IMG/VR virus record: IMGVR_UViG_2541047849_000005
Coordinates: 1 to 10,330 of that record
Strand: one strand, 5' to 3'
From: a virus
Taxonomy: Duplodnaviria; Heunggongvirae; Uroviricota; Caudoviricetes
DNA length: 10,330 nucleotides
Below the pieces are notes generated by a model. That model did not search any database. It was not told the DNA's origin and saw only the letters and a program-made list of their open reading frames with translations. Both the position numbers and the translations under genes were made by a program. Positions 1 to 6,975 of this stretch are shown piece by piece; positions within the stretch are counted from its first letter, which is position 1, and each line of letters starts with the position of its first letter.

Positions 1-861
1 ATGAGATTCAGCACCCCATTACGGTATCCTGGTGGTAAAGGTAAATTAACTAACTATCTATCAAAGATCATTATGATCAATGGCTTAGATGGTTGCGAAT
101 ATGTTGAGCCGTATGCTGGTGGTGCTGGAGTAGCCATTAATTTACTTTTGTCTGGGAAAGCATCACGTATACATTTAAACGATCTTAATAACGCCATTTT
201 TTGTTTTTGGCGGTCGATTCTAGAAGAAACTGATCAGTTTTGCCAATTAATTGAAAAAACTCCTGTGAATATGGATGAATGGTATAAGAATAAAAATATC
301 ATTAGTAATCAATGTGATTATTCCTCATTGGAAGTTGGATTCGCTACGTTTTTCCTTAATCGAACAAATCGGTCAGGAATTTTGTTAGGTGGTGTAATTG
401 GTGGTAAGGAACAAAATGGAAAATGGAAAATAGATGCTCGATTTAATAAGGTTGATTTAGTAAACCGTATTAAGGTAATAGCAGACCGTAAATCTGATAT
501 TTGTATCTATAACCAAGATGCTAAATCATTCTTGCAAAATACTGTAACTGGATTCCCATTAAAAACATTGCTTTATCTTGACCCTCCATATTATGTTAAA
601 GGAAAGGGCTTGTATCAAAACCATTATAGTCATGATGATCATGTCGAAATTGCTAATATTATAAAATCTAATTCAAAGCATCCATGGATTGTATCTTACG
701 ATAATACTGTTGAAATAAACAACATGTACACTGGTCTTAGAAAAATTGAGTACGGTATCAGCTATAGTGCTCAATCTAGGTACCAAGGGCCAGAAGTAAT
801 CTTTTTTTGTGATAGCATTTCTATTCCTGATGATATGGATCCTACAAGAGTCAAATTATAG
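1..861 (+). CDS. Dam-family (D12 class) N6-adenine DNA methyltransferase, 286 aa
   Basis: N-terminal AdoMet-binding region YPGGKGKL...VEPYAGGAGV (aa 9-44), FFLNRTNRSG block, catalytic DPPY at aa 194-197 (nt 580-591). Colinear with E. coli Dam motif order (WAGGK / VEPFVGAGS / LYLNRYGYNG / CDPPY) as recalled. Visibly AT-rich compared with the neighbouring int. ATG at nt 1, TAG at 859-861. Confidence 0.85.
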   Translation: MRFSTPLRYPGGKGKLTNYLSKIIMINGLDGCEYVEPYAGGAGVAINLLLSGKASRIHLNDLNNAIFCFWRSILEETDQFCQLIEKTPVNMDEWYKNKNIISNQCDYSSLEVGFATFFLNRTNRSGILLGGVIGGKEQNGKWKIDARFNKVDLVNRIKVIADRKSDICIYNQDAKSFLQNTVTGFPLKTLLYLDPPYYVKGKGLYQNHYSHDDHVEIANIIKSNSKHPWIVSYDNTVEINNMYTGLRKIEYGISYSAQSRYQGPEVIFFCDSISIPDDMDPTRVKL

Positions 862-1981
862 CTATTTTACTCCAATCTTTCCCTCGGTCATCATGGTAGC
901 GATCTGTTTGCTGCTGGGTTTTATGGCCCAGTAGCTTTCTAGTATCGATCCCCTGTTCTTTGTACAGGCGTTCAGATAAAGACCTTTGTTCATGGAATGT
1001 TGCGGGTGAGCCATCACCCCAGTCAATTCCTGCTAAATCCCTCGCTTTACTGAAATTCATCGTCAATGTATTGGCTTTTACTTGCGCGCCACGTTCAGCC
1101 TGTGAAGTAGTACGAAAAAAATGTACAAGGTATGGGCTGACTGCATAGTCACGACAGCGGGCTACTACATTGCGTAAACTCCAGTTAATCGCATTGAGGC
1201 GAAGAGAAAGAGGAATTGCGATTTTGCTTCCAGTCTTTTCCTGTACGACATGAAGATGATCATCCCAAATATCGCTAAATTTCATACGCGAGATATCACC
1301 TAACCGCTGGCCAGTAACCAGTGCTAACAGCATGGCATTCCCCATATAACGATGACTGGCATCTGCGATTTCAAAGATTTTTTGCCATTCTTCAAGACTT
1401 AACCGTTGTCGGGTAATTTTTCTTCTGGGCTGTTTGGTGGCTAATGCCGGGTTATAGCCCGGGGGGACTTCTCCGTAGTGTTGCGCCTCCTTGAATACAT
1501 CAATCAGGACGGAACGAACTACTTGCGCCATTCTCGGCTGTCCGACGGCGATATACTCGTCAAGCAACTGGGCTATATCCCTGACATCAACGGCTGAAAT
1601 TAACTTCAGTCCTGCTCGTTCCCTGAGCAAGGATACTGGTTTGGCTTTCTGTTTATAGGTATTGAGCTTTATATCGCCACTTTTCAGTCTGTCATCCTGG
1701 ATTGCTTGATAGCGATCTAACCAGGTTGACGTTGTGATTGCTTTTCCTTTGCTGGTTGCGATTCTGTCACTGATAGCCAGAATCTGCCGGGTTCTTTGCT
1801 CAGCCAGGCGTGTATTGGCCTCAGTGGCAATAGCAATGGCTTCAGCTTCGTTTGTGCCCAAAGAATGAAACTTCCCGGTCACTGGATGCTTATATCGCCA
1901 ATAAACTTTATTTACTTTTCTGCTATAGAGTGGATACAAGTTCGGGACTGAAACATTATTTTTACGTGGTCTGGCTGCCAT
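851..1981 (-). CDS. int: Lambda-family tyrosine integrase (site-specific recombinase), 376 aa
   Basis: N-terminal arm-binding-type region (PNLY...YWRYKHPVTGK), catalytic-domain blocks LALVTGQRLGDISRMKFSDI and C-terminal HEQRSLSERLY...LLGHKTQQQTDRYHDDRGKDW closely parallel lambda Int (HELRSLSARLY...LLGHKSDTMASQYRDDRGREW), with the catalytic Tyr in DRYHDDRG. Stop TGA on the complement of 851-853. Confidence 0.92.
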   Translation of the reverse strand: MAARPRKNNVSVPNLYPLYSRKVNKVYWRYKHPVTGKFHSLGTNEAEAIAIATEANTRLAEQRTRQILAISDRIATSKGKAITTSTWLDRYQAIQDDRLKSGDIKLNTYKQKAKPVSLLRERAGLKLISAVDVRDIAQLLDEYIAVGQPRMAQVVRSVLIDVFKEAQHYGEVPPGYNPALATKQPRRKITRQRLSLEEWQKIFEIADASHRYMGNAMLLALVTGQRLGDISRMKFSDIWDDHLHVVQEKTGSKIAIPLSLRLNAINWSLRNVVARCRDYAVSPYLVHFFRTTSQAERGAQVKANTLTMNFSKARDLAGIDWGDGSPATFHEQRSLSERLYKEQGIDTRKLLGHKTQQQTDRYHDDRGKDWSKIAII

Positions 1982-2207
1982 TACTTAAAATCCTTTGTAG
2001 AATAATAGAATCATTTTTCTTGATGACAGGAGTAACTAATTCCCCAACTAACTCTGCGTCCTCACGTACTCGCCATAGTCGACCTTGTTTCATTGCCGGT
2101 GGACAAAATAAATTCTGCTTAGCATAACGACGCAATGTGGACACACTTGGAGGATTACTCCTAAATTTTTCCGCAGCCCATTCCTCAAGTGTCAGCATTT
2201 GAAGCAT
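1962..2207 (-). CDS. xis: Excisionase (Xis, lambda-like), about 81 aa
   Basis: Small basic protein MLTLEEWAAEKFRSNPPSVSTLRRYAKQNLFCPPAMKQGRLWRV resembling lambda Xis (MYLTLQEWNARQRRPRSLETVRRWVRECRIFPPPVKDGREYLF). Its 3' end overlaps the int start by 20 nt, as in lambda. Start chosen at the second in-frame ATG (2207), which has a GAGG about 9 nt upstream; the ORF-track start at 2222 is an alternative. Confidence 0.75.
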   Translation of the reverse strand: MLQMLTLEEWAAEKFRSNPPSVSTLRRYAKQNLFCPPAMKQGRLWRVREDAELVGELVTPVIKKNDSIILQRILSNGSQTT

Positions 2208-2250
2208 TTTTGATAACCTCATTTCTTTTGCTACAAAACTATTTCACTAG

Positions 2251-2799
2251 TTAATTTCGCTGTCTGGATTGTTTATGTATCTTATGCAGCTCTTTAAAGC
2301 GTTCCATAAACATCCCGTAGGCATGGCCCGGTGCCAGTGGAATCACTTTGAACATCTCTGTTGCCGGGATACCTTCCAGTACAGACCAGAAAGAGCCATC
2401 ATCAAGCCCGAGATCGCGGCGTTCGGTTGCCAGCATGATGAGATCGGCATATTTCACAGGCGTGCTCATAACCGGGGGTAACCCGTATTTCTCACGGATT
2501 ACGGCGTCTATTTTTTCTTCCATCCGTTTATAGTCAGGAAGAAGGCGTTTCAGTGGCGCGGGGATGTCCTGACAATAAGCTTCTGTTGCATCATGCATTA
2601 ACGCTTCAAAAGCAAATTCCTGCGGTACCAGCTGGCTGCAAAGCACCGCATGTTGGGCGACGCTGTAGAAGTGTGAAAGATGTCCTGCAAAGCGACAGAT
2701 ATTTGAAAGGGAAACCGCGATATCGTTAATAACGATGTCGTCTTTATTTATCCTGTCATAATAAAAATGCTTCCCAGAAAAAGTTTTAATAAATGACAT
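2251..2799 (-). CDS. yfdR: HD-domain phosphohydrolase, YfdR-like (prophage 5'-deoxynucleotidase family), about 182 aa
   Basis: HD-domain metal-ligand pattern: H in FAGHLSHF, HD in ALMHDATEAY, downstream D in ATERRDLG. Start placed at the internal ATG (2799) preceded by GGAGAA; the 21-codon upstream extension to 2862 has no RBS. Position between xis and a YfdQ-like gene matches the K-12 CPS-53 yfdQ-yfdR order as recalled. Confidence 0.7.
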   Translation of the reverse strand: MSFIKTFSGKHFYYDRINKDDIVINDIAVSLSNICRFAGHLSHFYSVAQHAVLCSQLVPQEFAFEALMHDATEAYCQDIPAPLKRLLPDYKRMEEKIDAVIREKYGLPPVMSTPVKYADLIMLATERRDLGLDDGSFWSVLEGIPATEMFKVIPLAPGHAYGMFMERFKELHKIHKQSRQRN

Positions 2800-2893
2800 T
2801 TTGTTCTCCACGTTATTTGCGCTGCACCGCACAGAATTCTGGTAAAAGGAAGCCCTCACCATCCGGCGATTATTGAGTTAATTACGTTTCCAT

Positions 2894-2915
2894 AAATGCC
2901 CCCGCAGGGGCATTT
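2894..2915. other. Perfect 9-bp stem / 4-nt loop hairpin (AAATGCCCC-CGCA-GGGGCATTT) in the intergenic gap between the YfdQ-like and YfdR-like genes
   Basis: Inverted repeat read directly from the sequence. There is no clean U-tract after the stem on the minus (transcribed) strand, so it is more likely an RNA-processing, stability or attenuation element than a strong terminator. Confidence 0.35.
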
Positions 2916-2927
2916 GCAGTAATGAAA

Positions 2928-3752
2928 TCAGGCGGTGAAAGTACCAATAAAGGTTTCTACTTTGCTGTCTTTGAATTTCTCAACAAGCAGATCACGAAAT
3001 TCGTTAGCCATTTCTTCCTGCACCGCTTCCAGCTGAATAATGCGCAGAACCAGTACAGGACGATCGCCAGTGATAATGCTGAGGCGTAATTTAAATGAAC
3101 GTTCTTTCAGGCCTTCAAACGGAACGCATTTAAATTCAAATGCCACTGGCATAATGTCTTTGGTCTTCGCTTCGACAGACTCCATCAGGGAGCGTTTGCC
3201 GCTGAAGTCATTATCTTCAAAATCAGCGGTCTGGTTCGCTTCAATTGTGATTTTACGGATAGCTGCCGCCGCTTTGGTTGCCTGAATGGCGTCACCATTA
3301 GCATCAAAGCCCACAAGGTAGTCGGCCCAGTCTTCAATCCATTCTGCCAGTGATTTCTGGGAGTTACGCTCGCCATTAACAGACAACAGAGCAGAGAACG
3401 GTGCTGTCTTTTTCAGTTTGAGAGTGGCGGTGTTATCTGCGTGACCTGGTTCATCAATAGTACCCAGGTTAAGCACACTGACGGCACGCATATTATCAGC
3501 ATCGATAAAGCAGCGGGTGCCTTCATCTGCAAGATCTTTAGAATAACGGGTAAAGTCATCGATGCTGGCAGTGGAAAGCGCACCACGGAAACGGAAGCGA
3601 TTTAAATTAAATTTTTCCAGATCATGAATGCGGAAATTCTCAGGCAATGCCACAGCATCGGCACCAATCTTACTGATAATTTCATTAACACCCTGAGCAG
3701 AAATAAGGGCATGGATTTGATTAATTGCGGTTGCGTCTAAGTTCTGAGACAT
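2928..3752 (-). CDS. Phage early protein, YfdQ-like (DUF2303-type), 274 aa
   Basis: Long ORF with a GAGGA RBS 7-11 nt upstream of the ATG. Size (274 aa) and position immediately upstream of the HD-domain gene match prophage yfdQ as recalled. Family name is tentative; no catalytic motif recognised. Confidence 0.65.
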   Translation of the reverse strand: MSQNLDATAINQIHALISAQGVNEIISKIGADAVALPENFRIHDLEKFNLNRFRFRGALSTASIDDFTRYSKDLADEGTRCFIDADNMRAVSVLNLGTIDEPGHADNTATLKLKKTAPFSALLSVNGERNSQKSLAEWIEDWADYLVGFDANGDAIQATKAAAAIRKITIEANQTADFEDNDFSGKRSLMESVEAKTKDIMPVAFEFKCVPFEGLKERSFKLRLSIITGDRPVLVLRIIQLEAVQEEMANEFRDLLVEKFKDSKVETFIGTFTA

Positions 3753-3817
3753 AATAAGTCCTCACTATATAAAGATATTCAGTGATGAGATAAATAATCA
3801 GTTAATTAATAACGATA

Positions 3818-4180
3818 TTAATGGCCTGCTGCGCGGAGTTTTCCGTCAGGTTCACCGGCAAGAGTCAGTAATTGTCCCTGGTCTTCCTGCAGAATAGTCA
3901 GGCGACCACCGCGATTGACATACATCGGCGTTTCGGTGGTGTCTTCTTCGGAAATTTTCCCGCGGTTAGTCGGGCGAACATATGAGAGTTTGTGTTTGAT
4001 TTTCACACGGTTCTCATCAAATGGTTCGATTTCCAGGTTGAGTGAGACCTTACCTTTGGTTTTCGTGTTCATCACACCGGAAGCGACTTCACTGAGAACT
4101 GCGCCGATTTTGGTTTCAAATACGCCGCCGTCCAGCTCCCCGATAAATGCCTGCACATCAGTACTGCGTTCGCTAGCCAT
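3818..4180 (-). CDS. Hypothetical phage early protein, 120 aa (positional equivalent of yfdP)
   Basis: ATG at complement 4178-4180 preceded by GAGGAG (ATGATGAGGAGCAGCAAAATG). Sequence beginning MASERSTDVQAFIGELDGGVFETKIG has normal composition. The ORF-track extension up to 4498 is Arg/Cys-rich and implausible. Confidence 0.65.
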   Translation of the reverse strand: MASERSTDVQAFIGELDGGVFETKIGAVLSEVASGVMNTKTKGKVSLNLEIEPFDENRVKIKHKLSYVRPTNRGKISEEDTTETPMYVNRGGRLTILQEDQGQLLTLAGEPDGKLRAAGH

Positions 4181-4324
4181 TTTGCTGCTCCTCATCATAT
4201 CGACCCTGCAAGGCCGATTAGTTTCTCCACAAAACAGAGAAGAACACCTGCGGTGGCAGCCGCCCGGATGGATTGGGTTATGAGCCCGTCGTCCGGTGAT
4301 GCTCTTCTCTGTTTTGTAAAAAGG

Positions 4325-4411
4325 ACGGTACCAGCCGGAAGCAAGGGTACAAACTGGTACCGCCAGGACTACACACAGCATAAAGTTGTGGTGCCGGGTG
4401 CCTCCCGGTGC
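4325..4411. repeat. Cluster of six GGT(A/G)CC motifs: 9-bp inverted repeat CGGTACCAG(4325-4333)/CTGGTACCG(4353-4361) plus three direct GGTGCC copies (4389-4394, 4396-4401, 4406-4411)
   Basis: Read directly from the sequence. Lies in a GC-rich non-coding island between divergently oriented gene blocks; could be operator or recombination-site remnants. Confidence 0.4.
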
Positions 4412-4617
4412 CTGGCGAAGGTTGCACACCAGACGGGTGGGTATCCACAGAAGGTCGACTGTCAGCCTCAACCTTAACCCGCGTGCGCTGAGCCGCATTC
4501 ACCACAACGCTAAGGATTCTCTCTGGTTGAAAATACTTAGCTGTTATGTGCCTGTCTTTTCACCACTTCAGGCTCGGTGGTATCCTTTTAAGCCCGTATA
4601 CATAAAAGGAAAATCAA

Positions 4618-4767
4618 ATGACTTTTGATGAAAAAGAACTTGATAATGCAATTAATAAAATCATCGTAACGTCGCTCTTTTCCTGTCTCAGCGACACTCA
4701 GCAGAAACAGTTCTACGAATCGGCTTTCAACATGATCGAGCGTTGTTGTTTCTGCGATGCCGACTAG
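4618..4767 (+). CDS. Small ORF, 49 aa (MTFDEKELDNAINKIIVTSLFSCLSDTQQKQFYESAFNMIERCCFCDAD), hypothetical; possibly the N-terminal stump of a deleted gene
   Basis: ATG at 4618 preceded by AAAGGAAAA 7-8 nt upstream; stop TAG at 4765-4767. Not in the supplied ORF track, presumably below its length cut-off. Overlaps the 5' end of the tape-measure reading frame in another frame. Confidence 0.3.
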   Translation: MTFDEKELDNAINKIIVTSLFSCLSDTQQKQFYESAFNMIERCCFCDAD

Positions 4768-6302
4768 TTACAACGGCTGATTTTCAGAACATGATGCAGA
4801 TGCTGGTGCGTCAGGGGATCCCGGCAGAAAACATTCTTGGCGGTGTGGGTAAAGCGACAGCTTATCTTGCGGTACAACTGAAAAAAACACCGGAAGCGGC
4901 TGCCGAGTTTGCCGCAAAGATGCAGGATGCTACCGGAACGGCGTCAGAAGACATGATGGGGCTGTTCGACACTATCCAGAAGGCGTTTTATCTGGGCGTT
5001 GACGATACCAACATGTTGTCCTTCTTCACTAAAACCAGTTCTGTTCTGAAGATGGTGAACAAGGACGGTCTTCAGGCTGCACAGAGCCTTGCCCCCATCA
5101 GCGTCATGATGGATCAGATGGGGATGAACGGGGAGTCGGCAGGTAATGCCCTGCGAAAAGTTATCCAGTCCGGATTAAGCGTTAAGAAAATCAGGGACGT
5201 CAATAAAATCATGGCCCGCCAGAAACTCGGGGTACAGCTCGATTTTACTGATGGCAAAGGGAGTTTTGGCGGTCTTGATAACATGTTCAGGCAACTGGCA
5301 AAGCTGCGAAAACTGACCGACGTTAAGCGAACCGGTGTACTTAAGGCAATATTTGGTGATGATGCCGAAACCCTTCAGGTGGTCAATGCTCTGATCGATA
5401 AAGGAAAGAATGGTTACGATCAGATCCAGCAGAAGATGCATAAACAGGCCAGCCTGAATAAACGTGTTCAGGCCCAGCTTGGTACGCTGTCCAACCTGTG
5501 GGAGGCAATGACGGGGACCGCAACTAACGGCCTTGCGGCTATTGGTGGCGCATTTTCTGGTGACGCCAAAAATATCACGCAATGGCTGGGGGAGTTAGGG
5601 GAAAAATTCACGAAGTTTGCGGATGAAAATCCCCGGGTTATTCGCGGCGTCGTCGGGCTTGCTGCCGGTCTTGCGATTCTGAAACTGGGATTGATGGGCG
5701 TGGGCAGTGCCATCAGTATCGTCAGCAGGATCATGTCGATGACGCCGATTGGCATGATTGCGACGGCGATTGCCCTGGCTGCGGGATTAATTATCACTAA
5801 CTGGGATGTTGTCGGACCTTATTTTAAGAAACTCTGGGAAACCATTAGTCCTTATTTTGAGGCTGGCTGGGAACTTCTGAAGAAGGTTTTTGCCTGGTCG
5901 CCGCTGGGGATGGTGATCAATAACTGGGGACCGGTTGTTAAGTGGTTTCAGGATATGTGGGATAAGCTGAAGCCGATTATTGAATGGTTTACCGACAGTT
6001 CCGGTGACACGGTCGATGCCATTAACTCGGCGCAGTGGGGCGCGGGTGCTTATGATGCTTATGAGACGGGAATACCGCCACGGGGATACACTCCTTATCC
6101 GGAGGTGGATCCGGCTCAGGCAAACAACGCCTCCGGTGCCACAGGCTCGAATCCCTTCATGATTAATAAAGTTACCGCGCCAAAAGTTGATGGTGAGATC
6201 AAGGTATCATTTATAAATATGCCACCAGGTATGCGGGTTACGGAAACACGCTCCAGTGGCATTGATATAAATCACGATGTTGGCTATACCCGATTTTGGT
6301 AG
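4743..6302 (+). CDS. Phage tail tape measure protein, C-terminal portion (probably a 5'-truncated remnant; pseudogene candidate)
   Basis: Internal hydrophobic stretch (VIRGVVGLAAGLAILKLGLMGVGSAISIV...IGMIATAIALAAGLIIT) followed by a Trp-periodic region (W every 9-11 residues, about nt 5797-5990), both typical of tape measure proteins. The frame is open from 4659, with a TTG at 4743 and the first ATG at 4791, and no convincing RBS. At about 519 aa it is shorter than the usual 700-900 aa, and the upstream sheath/tube/chaperone genes are absent. Confidence 0.7.
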   Translation: MLFLRCRLVTTADFQNMMQMLVRQGIPAENILGGVGKATAYLAVQLKKTPEAAAEFAAKMQDATGTASEDMMGLFDTIQKAFYLGVDDTNMLSFFTKTSSVLKMVNKDGLQAAQSLAPISVMMDQMGMNGESAGNALRKVIQSGLSVKKIRDVNKIMARQKLGVQLDFTDGKGSFGGLDNMFRQLAKLRKLTDVKRTGVLKAIFGDDAETLQVVNALIDKGKNGYDQIQQKMHKQASLNKRVQAQLGTLSNLWEAMTGTATNGLAAIGGAFSGDAKNITQWLGELGEKFTKFADENPRVIRGVVGLAAGLAILKLGLMGVGSAISIVSRIMSMTPIGMIATAIALAAGLIITNWDVVGPYFKKLWETISPYFEAGWELLKKVFAWSPLGMVINNWGPVVKWFQDMWDKLKPIIEWFTDSSGDTVDAINSAQWGAGAYDAYETGIPPRGYTPYPEVDPAQANNASGATGSNPFMINKVTAPKVDGEIKVSFINMPPGMRVTETRSSGIDINHDVGYTRFW

Positions 6303-6330
6303 CCAGGATTCCCCTCACAGGTATTGCTGG

Positions 6331-6358
6331 TTGTAAGTCATAAATAGAGTGATAGAAT
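6331..6358 (+). promoter_or_regulatory. Candidate sigma70 promoter with extended -10 for the moron gene (-35 TTGTAA 6331-6336; 16-nt spacer; TGaTAGAAT with hexamer at 6353-6358)
   Basis: Motifs read from the sequence; about 35 nt upstream of the 6394 start codon. Not experimentally supported. Confidence 0.4.
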
Positions 6359-6393
6359 TAATGCACATTTAGAAAAATGTTAATAGGCGAAAA

Positions 6394-6924
6394 ATGAAAG
6401 GCTATATCACAGCAAGTGTAATTCTTGGAGCAGCGGCTATTTTTTCATCTCTCATAATCTCTGGCAACATCTCCTTTAAAGATGAACATATTATTCAGTT
6501 ATCTGGAGGAGCCATAAAACTTGGTGATGTTTATAAAGAAAATAAATTGATAAGTGCAAAGATTATTTTTCCAGATAATCAGGGTGAACAGATTCTTGTT
6601 GTCGACGGCAATCCTGAAAACTTTAAGGAGGATTTTCAGGGGAAATTAAATAAAGTAATAAAAACTTTAAATGCGTCAAAGAAAAAAGATGAAGAGAAAG
6701 TTAGCCTGGATAATTTAAGTGTTATTGAAGAGTCTAAACTAGAGCTCGTTTCTGCGGTGCGTTACTCTGCTCAGTATGTTCCTATGTTTACTCTGACGCT
6801 GGACAAAAAAGAAATTACCATGCCTAAAAATACGGTAATATTTCCATTTGCCAGCGATGAAACAGCTAAGTATTTAAATGAACAACAGCAAAAGTATAAA
6901 GATTCGTTGTTTCTGACTCGCTAA
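6394..6924 (+). CDS. Moron-encoded membrane-anchored protein of unknown function, 176 aa (single N-terminal hydrophobic span, Lys/Glu-rich C-terminal domain)
   Basis: Clean ORF in an AT-rich insert. N-terminus MKGYITASVILGAAAIFSSLIISG is an approximately 20-residue hydrophobic signal-anchor; no cysteine, so not a lipoprotein. Flanked by its own promoter candidate and an intrinsic terminator. No family recognised. Confidence 0.8.
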   Translation: MKGYITASVILGAAAIFSSLIISGNISFKDEHIIQLSGGAIKLGDVYKENKLISAKIIFPDNQGEQILVVDGNPENFKEDFQGKLNKVIKTLNASKKKDEEKVSLDNLSVIEESKLELVSAVRYSAQYVPMFTLTLDKKEITMPKNTVIFPFASDETAKYLNEQQQKYKDSLFLTR

Positions 6925-6941
6925 TTAATAAAATTCATTAC

Positions 6942-6975
6942 AAGGCCACCTTCTAATAGGTGGCTTTTTAATTTT
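6942..6975 (+). terminator. Rho-independent terminator (stem GCCACCT 6945-6951 / AGGTGGC 6958-6964, loop TCTAAT, then TTTTTAATTTT)
   Basis: GC-rich 7-bp stem followed directly by a T-run, 18 nt after the moron stop codon and just before the next gene's RBS. Confidence 0.75.

Noticed and set aside
840-900. Search for a tRNA gene or att core at the 3' end of int
   Set aside because: The methyltransferase and int coding sequences overlap by 11 nt, leaving no room for a tRNA or attachment site here; no tRNA-like T-loop motif was seen anywhere in the window. The att sites must lie outside the window.
960-2127. Plus-strand ORFs 960..1148 and 1852..2127
   Set aside because: Antisense to and fully embedded in the well-supported int/xis genes; no RBS; Cys/Arg-rich translations.
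2269-2533. Plus-strand ORFs 2269..2481 and 2348..2533
   Set aside because: Antisense within the HD-domain gene; no independent signals.
2800-2862. N-terminal 21-codon extension of the HD-domain ORF (ORF-track start at 2862)
   Set aside because: No RBS before the upstream ATG, whereas the internal ATG at 2799 has GGAGAA at ideal spacing; the extension sequence (MVRASFYQNSVRCSANNVENK) looks non-native.
3040-3376. ORFs 3040..3285 (+) and 3185..3376 (-)
   Set aside because: Embedded in, or out of frame within, the 274-aa YfdQ-like gene, which has the stronger coding signal and RBS.
3915-4283. Plus-strand ORF 3915..4283 (122 aa)
   Set aside because: Antisense to the 120-aa minus-strand gene; Ser/Leu-rich low-complexity translation; no RBS.
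4181-4498. Upstream extension of the 3818..4498 minus-strand ORF (226 aa)
   Set aside because: The extension is Arg/Cys/Pro-rich and low-complexity; a strong GAGGAG RBS precedes the internal ATG at 4180, giving a plausible 120-aa protein.
4253-4628. ORFs 4253..4477 (+), 4278..4505 (-), 4386..4628 (+) in the GC-rich island
   Set aside because: Mutually overlapping in different frames, no RBS, atypical amino-acid composition; likely artefacts of high GC and few stop codons. The region is reported instead as a non-coding or regulatory island.
5175-6162. ORFs 5175..5582 (-), 5468..5797 (-), 5980..6162 (+)
   Set aside because: Lie inside the tape measure reading frame on the opposite strand or in an alternative frame; no start signals.
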